NCBI RefSeq assembly: GCF_006345805.1
Contig: NC_043014.1
Coordinates: forward strand, 9,176,001 to 9,240,000
DNA length: 64,000 nucleotides
DNA from: Octopus sinensis
Lineage: Eukaryota
Direction: 5' to 3'
The notes under the pieces: generated by a model
What the model saw: the letters and a program-made list of their open reading frames with translations, nothing else
Databases searched by the model: none
What the model was told of the DNA's origin: nothing
Shown here: positions 26,050 to 37,371 of the stretch, one piece after another
Layout: every line of letters begins with the position of its first letter
Numbering within the stretch: the stretch's first letter is position 1
Made by a program: the position numbers and the translations under genes

Positions 26050-26262
26050 GGAGATTTTACCATTTTCCCTAACACACCTGTTACTGCTCCAATGACAATG
26101 ATTTGTTTAACAGCCAATTTTGAAATGACTCGTAACCTTTGAATTTTTCATATTTTGAAGGTTTTCCTTTTATGGGCCTTGGAAAGATATCTTAATCCAT
26201 AAATCTATCAGCTGCAAATATCCAGTTGAATTTGTTGTATCGACTATCTTTTATATGTTCAG
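26050..26262 (-). pseudogene. Possible RLE-type LINE endonuclease-region remnant
   Basis: Minus-frame LIDLW.. and VKQIIVIGAVTGVLGKMVK resemble the LID..IP and PIVIGALG motifs of R4/Dong C-termini; heavily degraded. Confidence 0.35.
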
Positions 26263-26435
26263 TCAACTGATTGCGACCAGGATGGGACATCGCCTCGAAG
26301 TGTTTTAGTCGAATGAATCGACTCTCGGGTTTATTTTTTTAAAATCCAATTTCTTATTCTATCGGTTGGGAAGCAAGCTTCTTACCGCACAGCTACGCCT
26401 GCGCCTATGAATATGCGTATGACATGTCCATCCTA

Positions 26436-26832
26436 ATACCAGTTGTCAAGCGGCAGGGGTGGGACATACACATACACATGCACACATACACATGCACACA
26501 CATACACATCCATACACACACATACTCACACACATACACATGTACACACATACACATCCATACACACACATACTCACACACAGACTCATACATACATACA
26601 CATGCATATACATACATTCACACATACACACACATACATACACACACATACATACATACATATATATGATGAGCTTGTTTTCAATTTCGTGCCTACCAAA
26701 TCCACTCAAAACGCTTTGGTCGGCCCGAGGCTGTAGTAGAAGACACTTTCGCAAGATGTCGGGCACTGGGATTGAACCCGGAACGATGTGCCTGGGAAGA
26801 AATCGTTTTACCACAAAGCTACGCCTGTGCCT
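26436..26832 (-). mobile_element. SINE family A, diverged, with long internal (CA)-rich tract
   Basis: cctaccaaatccactc..gaagacact..gggattgaacccggaac..acgcctgtgcct. Confidence 0.8.
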
Positions 26833-27719
26833 AGAATTACGCGTATGACTAAGCTCGCGGTATGGCCCACGTACACGTGGACGTAGGCGCGATCGATGCC
26901 GTCAGTCTCCGGAAGTGTGTGGCGATACGCACCGGGTAAATACAGCGACGTGGTCCGACCCGTAACGTCGATAAGGGGTCAAGACACATTAGAACGGTTT
27001 AATGAGGGGTTTGATTCTGTTTTCAAATTTATGCCACAACAGATGATATCGAGCAAATTTACTGACTCTTATTGCAAATATCTATTTTGTTCCGAGAATC
27101 AAAGTATGACTGGATGTGACTGAAACCCTGATGGAACAGTGGAGTGGAAAAATAGCAACAACGAAGATATTAAAATGGTGGATTTAAAATACTGTACGTA
27201 ATTTAATCTAGCTATCATGGTTTAAGATCTCATATCCTAGGGCTTCAGAAAATAAGAATGTGAGGGAATTGAAAATTAAGGTTTTATTAGGCGTTCGTTT
27301 TGAATTTCGAGATACAACGATGTTAGAATCGAATATCTATGTGTTAAAATCTATGTAATTTGCAGTTAAACTTTCGGGTTCCAGGCATTTTGATTATCTT
27401 AGCGTTGCGTCATATGAGCGGAGACGAATCGTTTAGTTTCTGGTTTAAAATGAAATCGCTGTAGCAAGTAATTGCAGTTATTTAAAGTTCAATTTAATTT
27501 CTGCTGTCATACGCAATATTCACAGGTTTTTCAAATGGTAAATGCTGCTAAAATATGGGAAGAAATAACAAGTAAAAGACAGAAAAGAAAATAACCCTGC
27601 TGAAGGAGCCGTAATTGTAAACGAGAATTAAGGGTTCAAGACATGAACATCATTAAACTAGCGAAGAAAAGAAGTGCGGTAGCATCACATATAGATATTT
27701 GAATATACGCAACAATGTG

Positions 27720-28022
27720 AAGGCGATCGTGAGGTTGTGAGTTCGATACCCGGACCGGGCTGTATGTTGTGTTCTCGAGCAAGACACTTTATTTCACGTT
27801 GCTCCAGTTCACTCAGCTGTAGAAATGAATTGCGACGTCACTGGTGCCCTGCTGTATCGGCCCCCTTTGCCTTTCCCTTGGATAACACTGGTGGCGTGGA
27901 GAGGGGAGGCCGGTTTCCATGGGCGACTGCTGGACTTCCACAAGCAATCTTGACCAGACTTGTGCCTCGGAGGGTAACTTTCTAGGTGCAATCCCATGGT
28001 CGTTCATTAACGAAGAAGGTCT
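27720..28022 (+). mobile_element. SINE: H2-type head + CORE-like middle + tail Z
   Basis: gtgagttcgatacccggaccggg..gagcaagacactttatttcacgttgctccagttcactcagctgt, then cccttggataacactggtggcgtggagagg..ggtaactttctaggtgcaatcccatggtc. Confidence 0.78.
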
Positions 28023-28109
28023 CTTCCTCCTATACGCAACCATATACGAGGGGTTCCTATACAGATATAGGAACATACGTATAAATATAAGTGCGGGCAT
28101 ACCGCTCAC

Positions 28110-28344
28110 GTTCGTAAGGTCGTGAGTTCAATTCCCGGCAACGCGTTGTGTCCCTGAGAATAACACTTTATTTCACGTTGCTCCAGTTCGCTCAGCTGGC
28201 AAAAATGAGTAGTACCTGTATTTCAAAGGGCCAACCTTGCCACGCTCTGTGTCACGCTGGTACGGGCACAAGTGTCAGTAGAGTGCTCACCCACTTGCAC
28301 GAGTAGGCTTTTCCGTTGATCGCATCAGCTGTGACCCTTGTGCT
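28110..28344 (+). mobile_element. SINE: H2-type head + CORE-like middle + tail X (internally deleted)
   Basis: Same middle as 27720, then gtacctgtatttcaaagggcc..gtgtcacgctg..ccgttgatcg as in family C. Confidence 0.75.
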
Positions 28345-28360
28345 CGTACCTGACAGAGTG

Positions 28361-28410
<50 letters not shown>

Positions 28411-28412
<2 letters not shown>

Positions 28413-28679
28413 TATAAGAAGGATGACCACTAAGTGGACATCCATGTGCTAGAAGTCGACCCCCTGTGGTCTTACCTCTAAGAAAGGAATGTTCCCGAGG
28501 AAATTTAGCAAACACCTACGTAAGTGATTACGTAACAACGAAACTTTTCCTTTGTCTTGCTCGCTTACGTTCTAGTGTTTGCTAAATTTTCTTGAGAACA
28601 TTCCTTTCTTAGTGGTAAGACCATAGGGGGTCAACTTCTAGCATATGGATGTCCACTTAGTGATCATCCCTCTTATATG
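28411..28679. repeat. Foldback/MITE with ~115-bp imperfect inverted arms
   Basis: catataagaaggatgaccactaagtggacatcc..aaatttagcaaacac mirrored at 28561-28679 with scattered mismatches. Confidence 0.9.
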
Positions 28680-28807
28680 CATGTAATACAATTTTTCTGA
28701 ATCTTCAGAATTTTCTATATGCTATACCACTGGTATTAAATTGATATTAATCAAATTAATATTCAATTTTCCACCCTTATTATTTTAAATCTCTCACTAT
28801 ATATATA

Positions 28808-29032
28808 TTGGGTTGTCCGGAAAGTTCCTGCCGAATTTTAAAGGAAAGAAAAAAGTCAATAAATACTTGCCATTACATTTTTAATCAACCAAATATGAAC
28901 CATTTTGTTGCACAATGCGTCTCCATCTTTCCTTTAACTTGAAAATACCTTTTTACCAGAATTAAGGTGCATGGTAGGGTAAGTCGAAAGGTAAGCTACT
29001 ATAAATCGGCACGAACCTACCGGACAACCCAA
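28808..29032 (-). mobile_element. Mariner-derived MITE
   Basis: TIRs ttgggttgtccggaaagttcctgccga / tcggcacgaacctaccggacaacccaa, TA on both sides; internal minus-frame KGIFKLKERWRRIVQQNGSY. Confidence 0.9.
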
Positions 29033-29034
29033 TA

Positions 29035-29109
<75 letters not shown>

Positions 29110-29244
29110 GGATAAATAGATAGACAGATATAAAGTCTCAAAACGTGATATAAATAGTAACAATGCTGGACGGTAACGTGTTTTTTGTCCCTATGTCATG
29201 GGTGCTCTATAAAGAACTGTTACTATATTTTAACTCCACTGAAA

Positions 29245-30660
29245 TAGTGAGGGGAATTTCCTATGATATGGAGGAACTGATCATGTACATATATGATAAT
29301 CTTCCCAAGCTTCTACCTAATCAACCTCATGCATATTCCACTGTCATAGAAAGTATTAACAATAACATTGAATGACTTTATTTCTTAGATGCTGCAGGAG
29401 GTTCTGGGAAAAACATTTGTAATTAAGTTCCTCCTGGCTAAAGTTCGTCAAGAAAATAAAATAGCGTTAGCTACTGCTACTTCTGGGATCGCAGGAAACC
29501 AGAGATCGGATTGTCCATTCGACATTCAATTTACCTTTAGATTTATCTAACAAAGAGGATTCAGTTTGTAATATATCTAGAAATTCCGGAATGGGTGAGC
29601 AATACAAAGATCTCACTTAATTGTCTGGGGCAAATGTACCATAGCCAAAAAAAAAAAAAAAAAATTTAAAGTTGTTGGCATGACATTATGAGACGCTGAT
29701 AATTGTAATTCTATGATGGGAAATATCACAGTATTATTATCAGGAAACATCTGACAAAGATTACCAGTTGTTCCAAGACGATCAAAAGTGGATGAGCTCC
29801 TCAATAAAATCTTCTCTATTATGGCACTAAGTGAAACAAAATTCATCTTTGGACAAATATGAGATGGAGGCTTTCAAGATATCAATCAGCTGAACTATTT
29901 GCAGTGCATCTTTTGAAAGTCGGTGGTCGAAAAAGTTTCAATTGATGAAGAAGAGTTTCTTACACTCAGTCCAATATGTAATTCAGCTGATTCCGTCGAT
30001 GATTTGGTGACAGAAAGCTTTCCAAATCTTCTTCATAACTACAACAATACAGATTAGATCTGTGAGCGACCTATCTTTGCTCCAAAATATGTTGCTGTAA
30101 ATAGCATTATTAATATGCTATTGAATAAACTTCCGGGTGAAGTGTTCACTTATAACTCAATTGACAGTGTTGGTGATGATCAGGATTATGTTAACTACAC
30201 CATCGAATTTCTGAACTTACTAGAACTACCAGGTACAGCTCCCTATTGTTTTTAGCTAAAAAAAAAGGGACTCCTGATATGCTATTTAGTAATTTGTCTC
30301 AACCAAAATTATGCAATGGTACAAGGTTAATTTTGTACAAACGTATGATGAACTGCATTGAGGCAAATATTCTCACTCGATATGGTAAAGGTTACACCCT
30401 CTTCGCATACTAGTTATGCCATCTAATGTCCCATTCCAATCTAAGCGGTTACAGTTTCTTATCCGAATTTCTTTTGCCGTGAACATTAATAAAAGTCAAG
30501 GCCAAACACTAAAAGTTGCTGGATTGCATCTTGGAGAACCATGCTTTTCACATGGCAGACTTTATGAATGAGCATCATTTGTGGGAGAAAAAGCAGGTCT
30601 TTTTGCGTATGCACCCAGAAATATAGCTAAAAAAAAACATTCTTTATAAAGAAATATTCA
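29245..30660 (+). pseudogene. Helitron Rep/Hel PIF1-like helicase remnant
   Basis: Manual translation across stops and frameshifts: FLDAAGGSGK, IALATATSGIA, RQ.LPVVPR, PKLCNGTRL, FAVNINKSQGQTLKVAGLHLGEPCFSHGRLY. Confidence 0.92.
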
Positions 30661-30920
30661 CTCTTAATGCAACATGTATACTGCAATAACTTAATTTGCC
30701 ATTACATTCAAAAAGGATTAAATTACGTATTTAAATGACGAGTATTAAATAATTGCCATTAGTGTGTTGATAAATAAATAACACATACAACTCACTTATT
30801 GTCATACCATAAACAAACAGAAGTTCGTGTATGAAGTTGATCCTTTTTCTAGTTAAATTATTACATGCTTTTCTCTTATAAAATACACACATACGGGAGG
30901 AGTAAATTACACGTACATAT

Positions 30921-30952
<32 letters not shown>

Positions 30953-31016
30953 GTTATATACATATAGATATATTTTATATATACATATATATATACATAT
31001 ACATATATATATATAC

Positions 31017-31061
<45 letters not shown>

Positions 31062-31128
31062 ATATAGTTGGATACATAGATAAACACACGTGTAGCTAGA
31101 AGTACATGAGTATCTTCATTTTATAGTT

Positions 31129-31163
<35 letters not shown>

Positions 31164-31217
31164 ATATATATATATATATGTACTCACACAGATGTCAGAC
31201 ACTTACGAATACACTAT

Positions 31218-31254
<37 letters not shown>

Positions 31255-31553
31255 ACACACCTAATGCCAAAGTGTGCTGAGAGTGAAATCAAAGGAACAC
31301 AATTCACTTTTTTTATGATTATATTTTTCTATTTACATATTTGCTTCAACTCTTTCATATGAATGATGACATTTCCCTTCGTATTCCATCAACAATATCG
31401 CTCGATTTTCCATCTGCCGTTTTACCGTATTCATCAACACATTTTAATGTATATCATGCTTTCTGTTTTGGGCCAAACATTTTAACCTCCTTCGTCCATC
31501 ATGTTATAACACCAATTGATATTCTGAAATATCACGTTCAGGCATATTCTGGA

Positions 31554-31862
31554 TCAAATATTACTGTCGGTGCATTTTTGGGAAGCCTCTGGATCCTCTT
31601 CCTTTTTTTTAGAACAGCATGATTTGAATAGGGAACACTTTTGCGATTCTTGTGAATGTGAGAGTGCACATCGGTTTACTTTTTGTATCTTCTTCAAGTC
31701 TTTTGCTTCCGCTTTTTTCTGCATCAAGCTTTCATCACGAGCTTCAACGATCGTTGGTAATGCGGGACGATAATCGAGATCATAATAATTCCTGTGTCTC
31801 TGATTGGCCATGATGTTATAGAACAGCATTAGTGTTAAAATGAGGAGACGTGAACAAACTGC
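31554..31862 (-). CDS. Candidate terminal coding exon of an unidentified (possibly membrane) protein
   Basis: Acceptor ttatttctgcag precedes an open frame CSRLLILTLMLFYNIMANQRHRNYYDLDYRPALPTIVEARDESLMQKKAEAK.. to a stop; non-repetitive; no family recognised. Confidence 0.35.
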   Translation of the reverse strand, partial: AVCSRLLILTLMLFYNIMANQRHRNYYDLDYRPALPTIVEARDESLMQKKAEAKDLKKIQKVNRCALSHSQESQKCSLFKSCCSKKKEEDPEASQKCTDSNI

Positions 31863-32661
31863 AGAAATAACGAATTAGAAGAGAACATATGCCACCAAAC
31901 GTTACCTCTGGCGTGAAATAGTATTTCTGAGGGAGATTTTGCTCATACAAATGGATAAATATACCACAGAATAAAAAAATAATGTACTGCCTTGCGGAGG
32001 AAATTAGGCATTAAGTAAATAACACAATGAAAATAAAGTCCAAATGATAAAAGTAACGAGAGAAATAACGCATTAGACGAGAAAATATGGCGACCAAATG
32101 TTGCCTCTGTTGCGGAATAATACTTTTGTGTGAGATTTTGTTCATATAAATAGATAAATATACATTAGCATAAACGTAGCATGGACTATCTAGCAGAGAA
32201 AACTATCCATAAATTAACTAACGCAATGAAAATTAAGTCCAAAGGATAGAAGTACATTATATGAATTACAGTGAAAACAGTTGTAAAAAGATATTTTCTC
32301 ATTGAATTCAGTTTTTGGAGTTCCGAAGAGAGCAAGTTTGAATTTCGAGAAATGACGCGAATCATCTTTTAAGAATTATTACGTCATTTCTTCTGTAAAC
32401 TACAGAAGAGATCTCCGACAATCGAGTGCATTCTCACGCGATATGTCTTAACTGTGGTATTAGTGTTTGAGATCTTTGTATGTAATTGTGTTGTGTTTTC
32501 TGTTGTCTTGTGTTCTCTGTGTAATTCTAAAATAGGAAACAACGTTTTTAAATATCCAGACATACTAGCATTTAGTCTGAGAGACAGGAAAACTCCAGTT
32601 GGTATCTGAACTCAGAAAGACTCTAACCGAACACACACAATTGCACACTCCCACACAAATC

Positions 32662-32701
<40 letters not shown>

Positions 32702-32801
32702 CATAAATACACAGGCGCAACCCATCCCTCTCCGATCACACCCATGTACACACACATACAATCATATATAATTGTGCGTAAGTATGAGTCTATATGTACA
32801 T

Positions 32802-32836
<35 letters not shown>

Positions 32837-32966
32837 ATATATATATATACATATATATATAGTAAGTATGTAATAAATTGTAGGGTGTACACCAGGTACT
32901 TTGCCATTAAAGCAAGTTCGCTGGCTTGGTGTTCGTTCGGTATGTAGTTAATGAGAGAGACAGAAG

Positions 32967-33392
32967 ATGGAAGATGCGAGAATCTTTCTTGATCACGACT
33001 ATCGTTTCGGCCCATCTAGTTTCGATCACTCGTGGGTGGAATACTGCACAGATGGATTGGGTATACACCTCGGTGCAGATATGTCACTTCAGGTGATTTT
33101 CAAGAGGCACCTTGGTAAAATAAACTCTGTTTTGCAAACCTCTTACCTGTGTATGTATGAGGTAGTTTTTTGTGAAATATTGTGCGGTATAACTTTAAAG
33201 AATGTAGCTGTGTAAAGCCGGAACCATGTGAGAAGTTACAAAGTAAATTGCAAAATGAAAAGGAAACAGAACAAAGCTGAAGTTGTACCTTGTATTTCTA
33301 TATTTCGAGGCGAAGTTCCCTTTTTCAGGATATTCGAAAATGCGGTGACTGGAAAATGTTTGTTGTTCAGATGCTGCAAACACACGATTGGG
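32967..33392 (+). CDS. Candidate two-exon coding start (32967 or 32974 to 33092; 33329-33392)
   Basis: Donor cag|gtgatt, acceptor ccctttttcag|g, donor tggg|gtaact. Two different frames both stay open across the splice; product unknown. Confidence 0.3.
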
Positions 33393-33770
33393 GTAACTTA
33401 GTAATCGACCAATACATGCAACTAGTTTTGCAAGCCACTGGATCACGTGACACAATTCTGCAGTATTTTCACTTTAACAACTAATCGTAATAAAAAGCAT
33501 TGTGCATTTCTGCTGCAAGCTGTTTAAATGCCCCATCATTAAATGGGAAGTAGGTGGTCCCTAGTATTATGATGTGAAAATCCGAGGGTTTAAGATTCAA
33601 TAGGTGAAATTTGGCGGATGACGGAGAAGAATGAAAGAAAGAAGGAGGAGTGGACGCAGAAGGAGAGGGAAGGGTGTGAGAAGAATAACGAAGAGCAAAA
33701 AAGGGTTAAATAGGTGTAGGATAAGGATTAGGTGGGGACGAGACCAGAGCTGCAATGCGGTGAGTGCAGT

Positions 33771-33834
<64 letters not shown>

Positions 33835-33990
33835 ATATATATATAATTCATAAATGAGGGCAAACGAAAAAATTTCTAATGCCAATTATGCCGAAAAATT
33901 GGACATATTGTCCAGTAACCATATAATTTTTTCACAAAACGCACGCTACTCGAAAAAAGGTCGACAGAAATTTCTAAAAACTTCCATTAT

Positions 33991-34048
33991 TACCATATCG
34001 GACCGATTTCACAGTTAGCTACTAAGAGTCCTCTCTTCGTCAGTGATA
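33991..34048 (-). ncRNA. Type I hammerhead ribozyme fold (locus 1, inverted copy)
   Basis: Minus strand tatca-CTGACGA-agag..ctgt-GAAA-tcgg-t-ccga-TA-tggta. Confidence 0.65.
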
Positions 34049-34540
34049 CATTTGGCAGAAGAAATAAATGAGATACTTACTCGCACCCATGGAAGAAGCA
34101 AACACTAAGTCATGAGCACAACTAAGTACCCCAAATGAGGGCAAGCGTGCGTTTTGTGAAAAAATTATATTGTTAATGGACAATATGTCCAATTTTTCGG
34201 CATATTTGGCATTAGAAATTTTTTCGTTTGCCCTCATTTATGAATTATTTATAAATTTAACCTTTAAAGGTATTTTTTGATATGCTGGCCATTGATAAAA
34301 TTTTTTTTCGATAGAAATATTTTTTTCGAAAGAAATTTTATCCTCATTAGATATAAATTTAAGCGTTCACTTCCGGACTATCTCACTCTCTGAGAGCCTC
34401 AGTTCAAATCGCACGTGTCTTGAATGGGCTGGAGTATTTCTATTTTGGATGTATTTGGGGTACTTAGTTGTGCTCATGACTTAGTGTTTGCTTCTTCCAT
34501 GGGTATGAGTGAGTATCTCATTTATTTCTTCTGCCAAATG

Positions 34541-34598
34541 TATCACTGACGAAGAGAGGGCTTTTAGTAGCTAACTGTGAAATCGGTCCGATATGGTA
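34541..34598 (+). ncRNA. Type I hammerhead ribozyme fold (locus 1, forward copy)
   Basis: Stem I tatca/tggta, core CTGACGA 34546-34552, GAAA 34579-34582, stem III atcgg/ccgat, predicted cleavage after A34593. Stem II is weak (A:U closure, G.G mismatch). Confidence 0.65.
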
Positions 34599-34847
34599 AT
34601 AATGGAAGTTTTTAGAAATTTCTGTCGACCTTTTTTCGAGTAGCGTGCGTTTTGTGAAAAAATTATATGGTTACTGGACAATATGTCCAATTTTTCGGCA
34701 TATTTGGCATTAGAAATTTTTTCGTTTGCCCTCATTTATGAATTATTTATAAATTTAACCTTTAAAGGTATTTTTTAATATGCTGGCCATTGATAAAATT
34801 TTTTGCGATAGAAATATATTTTGGGAAAGAAATTTTATCCTCATTAG

Positions 34848-34886
<39 letters not shown>

Positions 34887-35314
34887 TAGAAAAGGATGTG
34901 TATAAGCCACACCAACAGGCTAGAAATAGCTGCTAATAACTCTAGAAACCACATGTTATTTTACTCCGTTAACAGAGGTTGAAAACGGGCTAATGAAATA
35001 ATCAGGGTTTTAAAAATAAGTGCTACTCATAAATCGATTTCTGGCTTACGGTTTATGAATAACATTTTAAAAACAAATCTGATCATTAAAACCCCGCGTA
35101 TACTGCATCTCTTGGTCTTTGTCAGCAGCCATTCATCACGCACACCACGTGGAACAGCTTTGATGAGCCAGAAATCCAACCAGTCTCACAGTTTCCTTCA
35201 ACCAGAATTCAATGTCAGAGCTTTATTCAGAGATATAAATACATCACTATATAGAAGACATCTTAAAATACGTTCCAAAGAAGGAATCTATACGAATGTT
35301 CTGTAAACAAATAT

Positions 35315-35474
35315 GTGCAGGCATGGCTCAGCGGGTAAGAAGTTTGCTCCGAAGCACAGGGTTCTGGTTTCAGTCCCACTGCGTGGCACCCTGGGCAAGT
35401 GTCTTCTACTATAGCCTAGGGTAAACCAAAGCCTTGTGGGTGGATTTGGTTGACGGAAACTGAAAGAACCCGTC

Positions 35475-35564
<90 letters not shown>

Positions 35565-35757
35565 TTGATCCCTGACTATCGCTTGACAACTTGGGGTGGT
35601 TTGTTAACATCCCCGTAACTTTCTGGATCGGCAAAAGAAACGGATAGAATAAGTACTTACTAACTTTACAAATAATAGGTCCTGGGGTTGATTTCGTCGA
35701 CTAAAGGCGGTGCTGCTGCATGGCCGCAGTCACATGACCGAAACATATTAAAGAACA
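35315..35757 (+). mobile_element. SINE family A, diverged full length
   Basis: ggtttcagtcccactgcgtggcaccctgggcaag..internal (TA)n(TG)n..ctaaaggcggtgct. Confidence 0.87.
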
Positions 35758-36104
35758 AATATTTACTTTAGATTATGGACGTGAACTGTATCAAGGAAAG
35801 AGTTTCGGGTCATAAAGTACTGATATTTTAATAACGTTATACACAACAGCAATTCAAATACTGTGATTAACACTAAAATGGCGGACATCACCACTTGATG
35901 TTTCAGTAGAGAATAGCGAGGATCATTAACTAACGCTCTAAAACATTTATATGGACACACCATCAAAGGAAAATAAATATTTGCAATAGTTTATGATAAT
36001 GAAATTTTAAATTTTAATGTGTAACAGAATAAAAATCGCGTTTTTTCTTCAGTTGTTTCTCTCGTTACTCAGCTGCCCATGGCAGAGCAGCGCTATGAAG
36101 AGAT

Positions 36105-36712
36105 TTTACTCGAACGAATTTAAGTGGTTACGGTTTCTTATCCGAGTTTCGTTTGCCATGAATATTAATAACGCTAAACGTTGCCGGACTGCATCTTGAA
36201 GAACCATATTTTACATATGAATGAATGGAAGCACTCCGTCGGTTACGACGACGAGGTTTCCGGTTGATCCGATCAACGGAACAGCCTGCTCGTGAAATTA
36301 ACGTGTAAGTGGCTGAGCACTCCACAGACACATGTACCCTTAACGTAGTTCTTGGGGATATTCAGCGTGACACAGAGAGTGACAAGGCCGGCCCTTTGAA
36401 ATACAGGTACAACAGAAACAGGAAGTAAGAGTGAGAGAAAGTTGCAGCGAAAGAGTACAACAGGGATTACCACCATCCCCTGGCGGAGCCTCGTGGAGCC
36501 TTAGGTGTTTTCGCTCAATAAACACTCACAACGCCCGGTCTGGGAATCGAAACCGCGATCCTACGACCACGAGTCCGCTGCCCTAATCACTGGGCCATTG
36601 CGCCTCCACTCACTTTACATATGGCCGACTTTATGAAAGGGCATCACTTGTGGGAGAAAAAGCAGACCCTTTTTGCTTATGCACCCAGAAATATAGCAAA
36701 AAATAACTGTAT
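36105..36712 (+). pseudogene. Second Helitron helicase 3' fragment, split by a SINE C insertion
   Basis: 36105-36209 plus 36624-36712 align to about 30440-30640 (ggttac.gtttcttatccga..gcatcttg.agaacc / gactttatgaa..gtgggagaaaaagcag..gcacccagaaatatagc). Confidence 0.85.
36220..36613 (-). mobile_element. SINE family C (H1, tail X)
   Basis: Full length; 10-bp TSD tttacatatg (36210-36219 / 36614-36623). Confidence 0.93.
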
Positions 36713-37149
36713 CGTATTTTCCTTTTAGCCTATTAGATATTATATCGGTTAATCTTATCGAATCCCTAAGATACAGGGATGTAAACCCACCAACACCGGT
36801 TGTCAAGTTGTGGTGGCGTGGTGGATAGAAACACAGACATAAAAAACTAACCTTCACACACATACCTCCCATATATATACTCCCACCTGCCCCTACACAT
36901 TCCATCCCCCACCACTCAACGCCTTCACACCAAACCATAATCCACTACACCTTACGCCACCATACCACACATCACATCACATCACAACACACCACCACGC
37001 ACACGTCAAGATCACCAGCCCTCTTCCACACGCACATACAAACTCTCTTATACACACGCACGCGAACCTTCATTTTGGGATCACCACTACTTTATTATCT
37101 TCCCCTCCCCCTAGCTCTCCTGTGTGCCCCTTCTGGCTGGCATTTGCCC

Positions 37150-37322
37150 TATAGATCACTAGCCACTACACATTCTTTATTTTCTCTCCTTGTTTCTGTG
37201 TTCCTTACGAGCGTAGGCTCGAAACATTAAAGACTTTTTCTCTTCTCGAACGTTAAACTAATACATCTATTTGTTGTCTACGCCACCTGCCTTTGTCTTT
37301 TGTTTCTTTTCTTGTGAATTCT
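37150..37322 (+). mobile_element. Penelope-like LTR-type fragment (copy 3, motif core deleted)
   Basis: atagatcactagccactacac..gagcgtaggctcgaaacattaaagac, homologous to 6966-7168. Confidence 0.6.
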
Positions 37323-37336
37323 CTCTCTCTCTCTCC

Positions 37337-37371
<35 letters not shown>

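Larger units (their letters stand above)
33843..34848. mobile_element. Hammerhead-bearing non-coding retroelement, locus 1 (1.4 tandem ~498-bp monomers plus 294-bp inverted copy)
   Basis: 34144-34351 repeats at 34642-34848; 33843-34136 is the reverse complement of 34453-34746. Confidence 0.9.
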
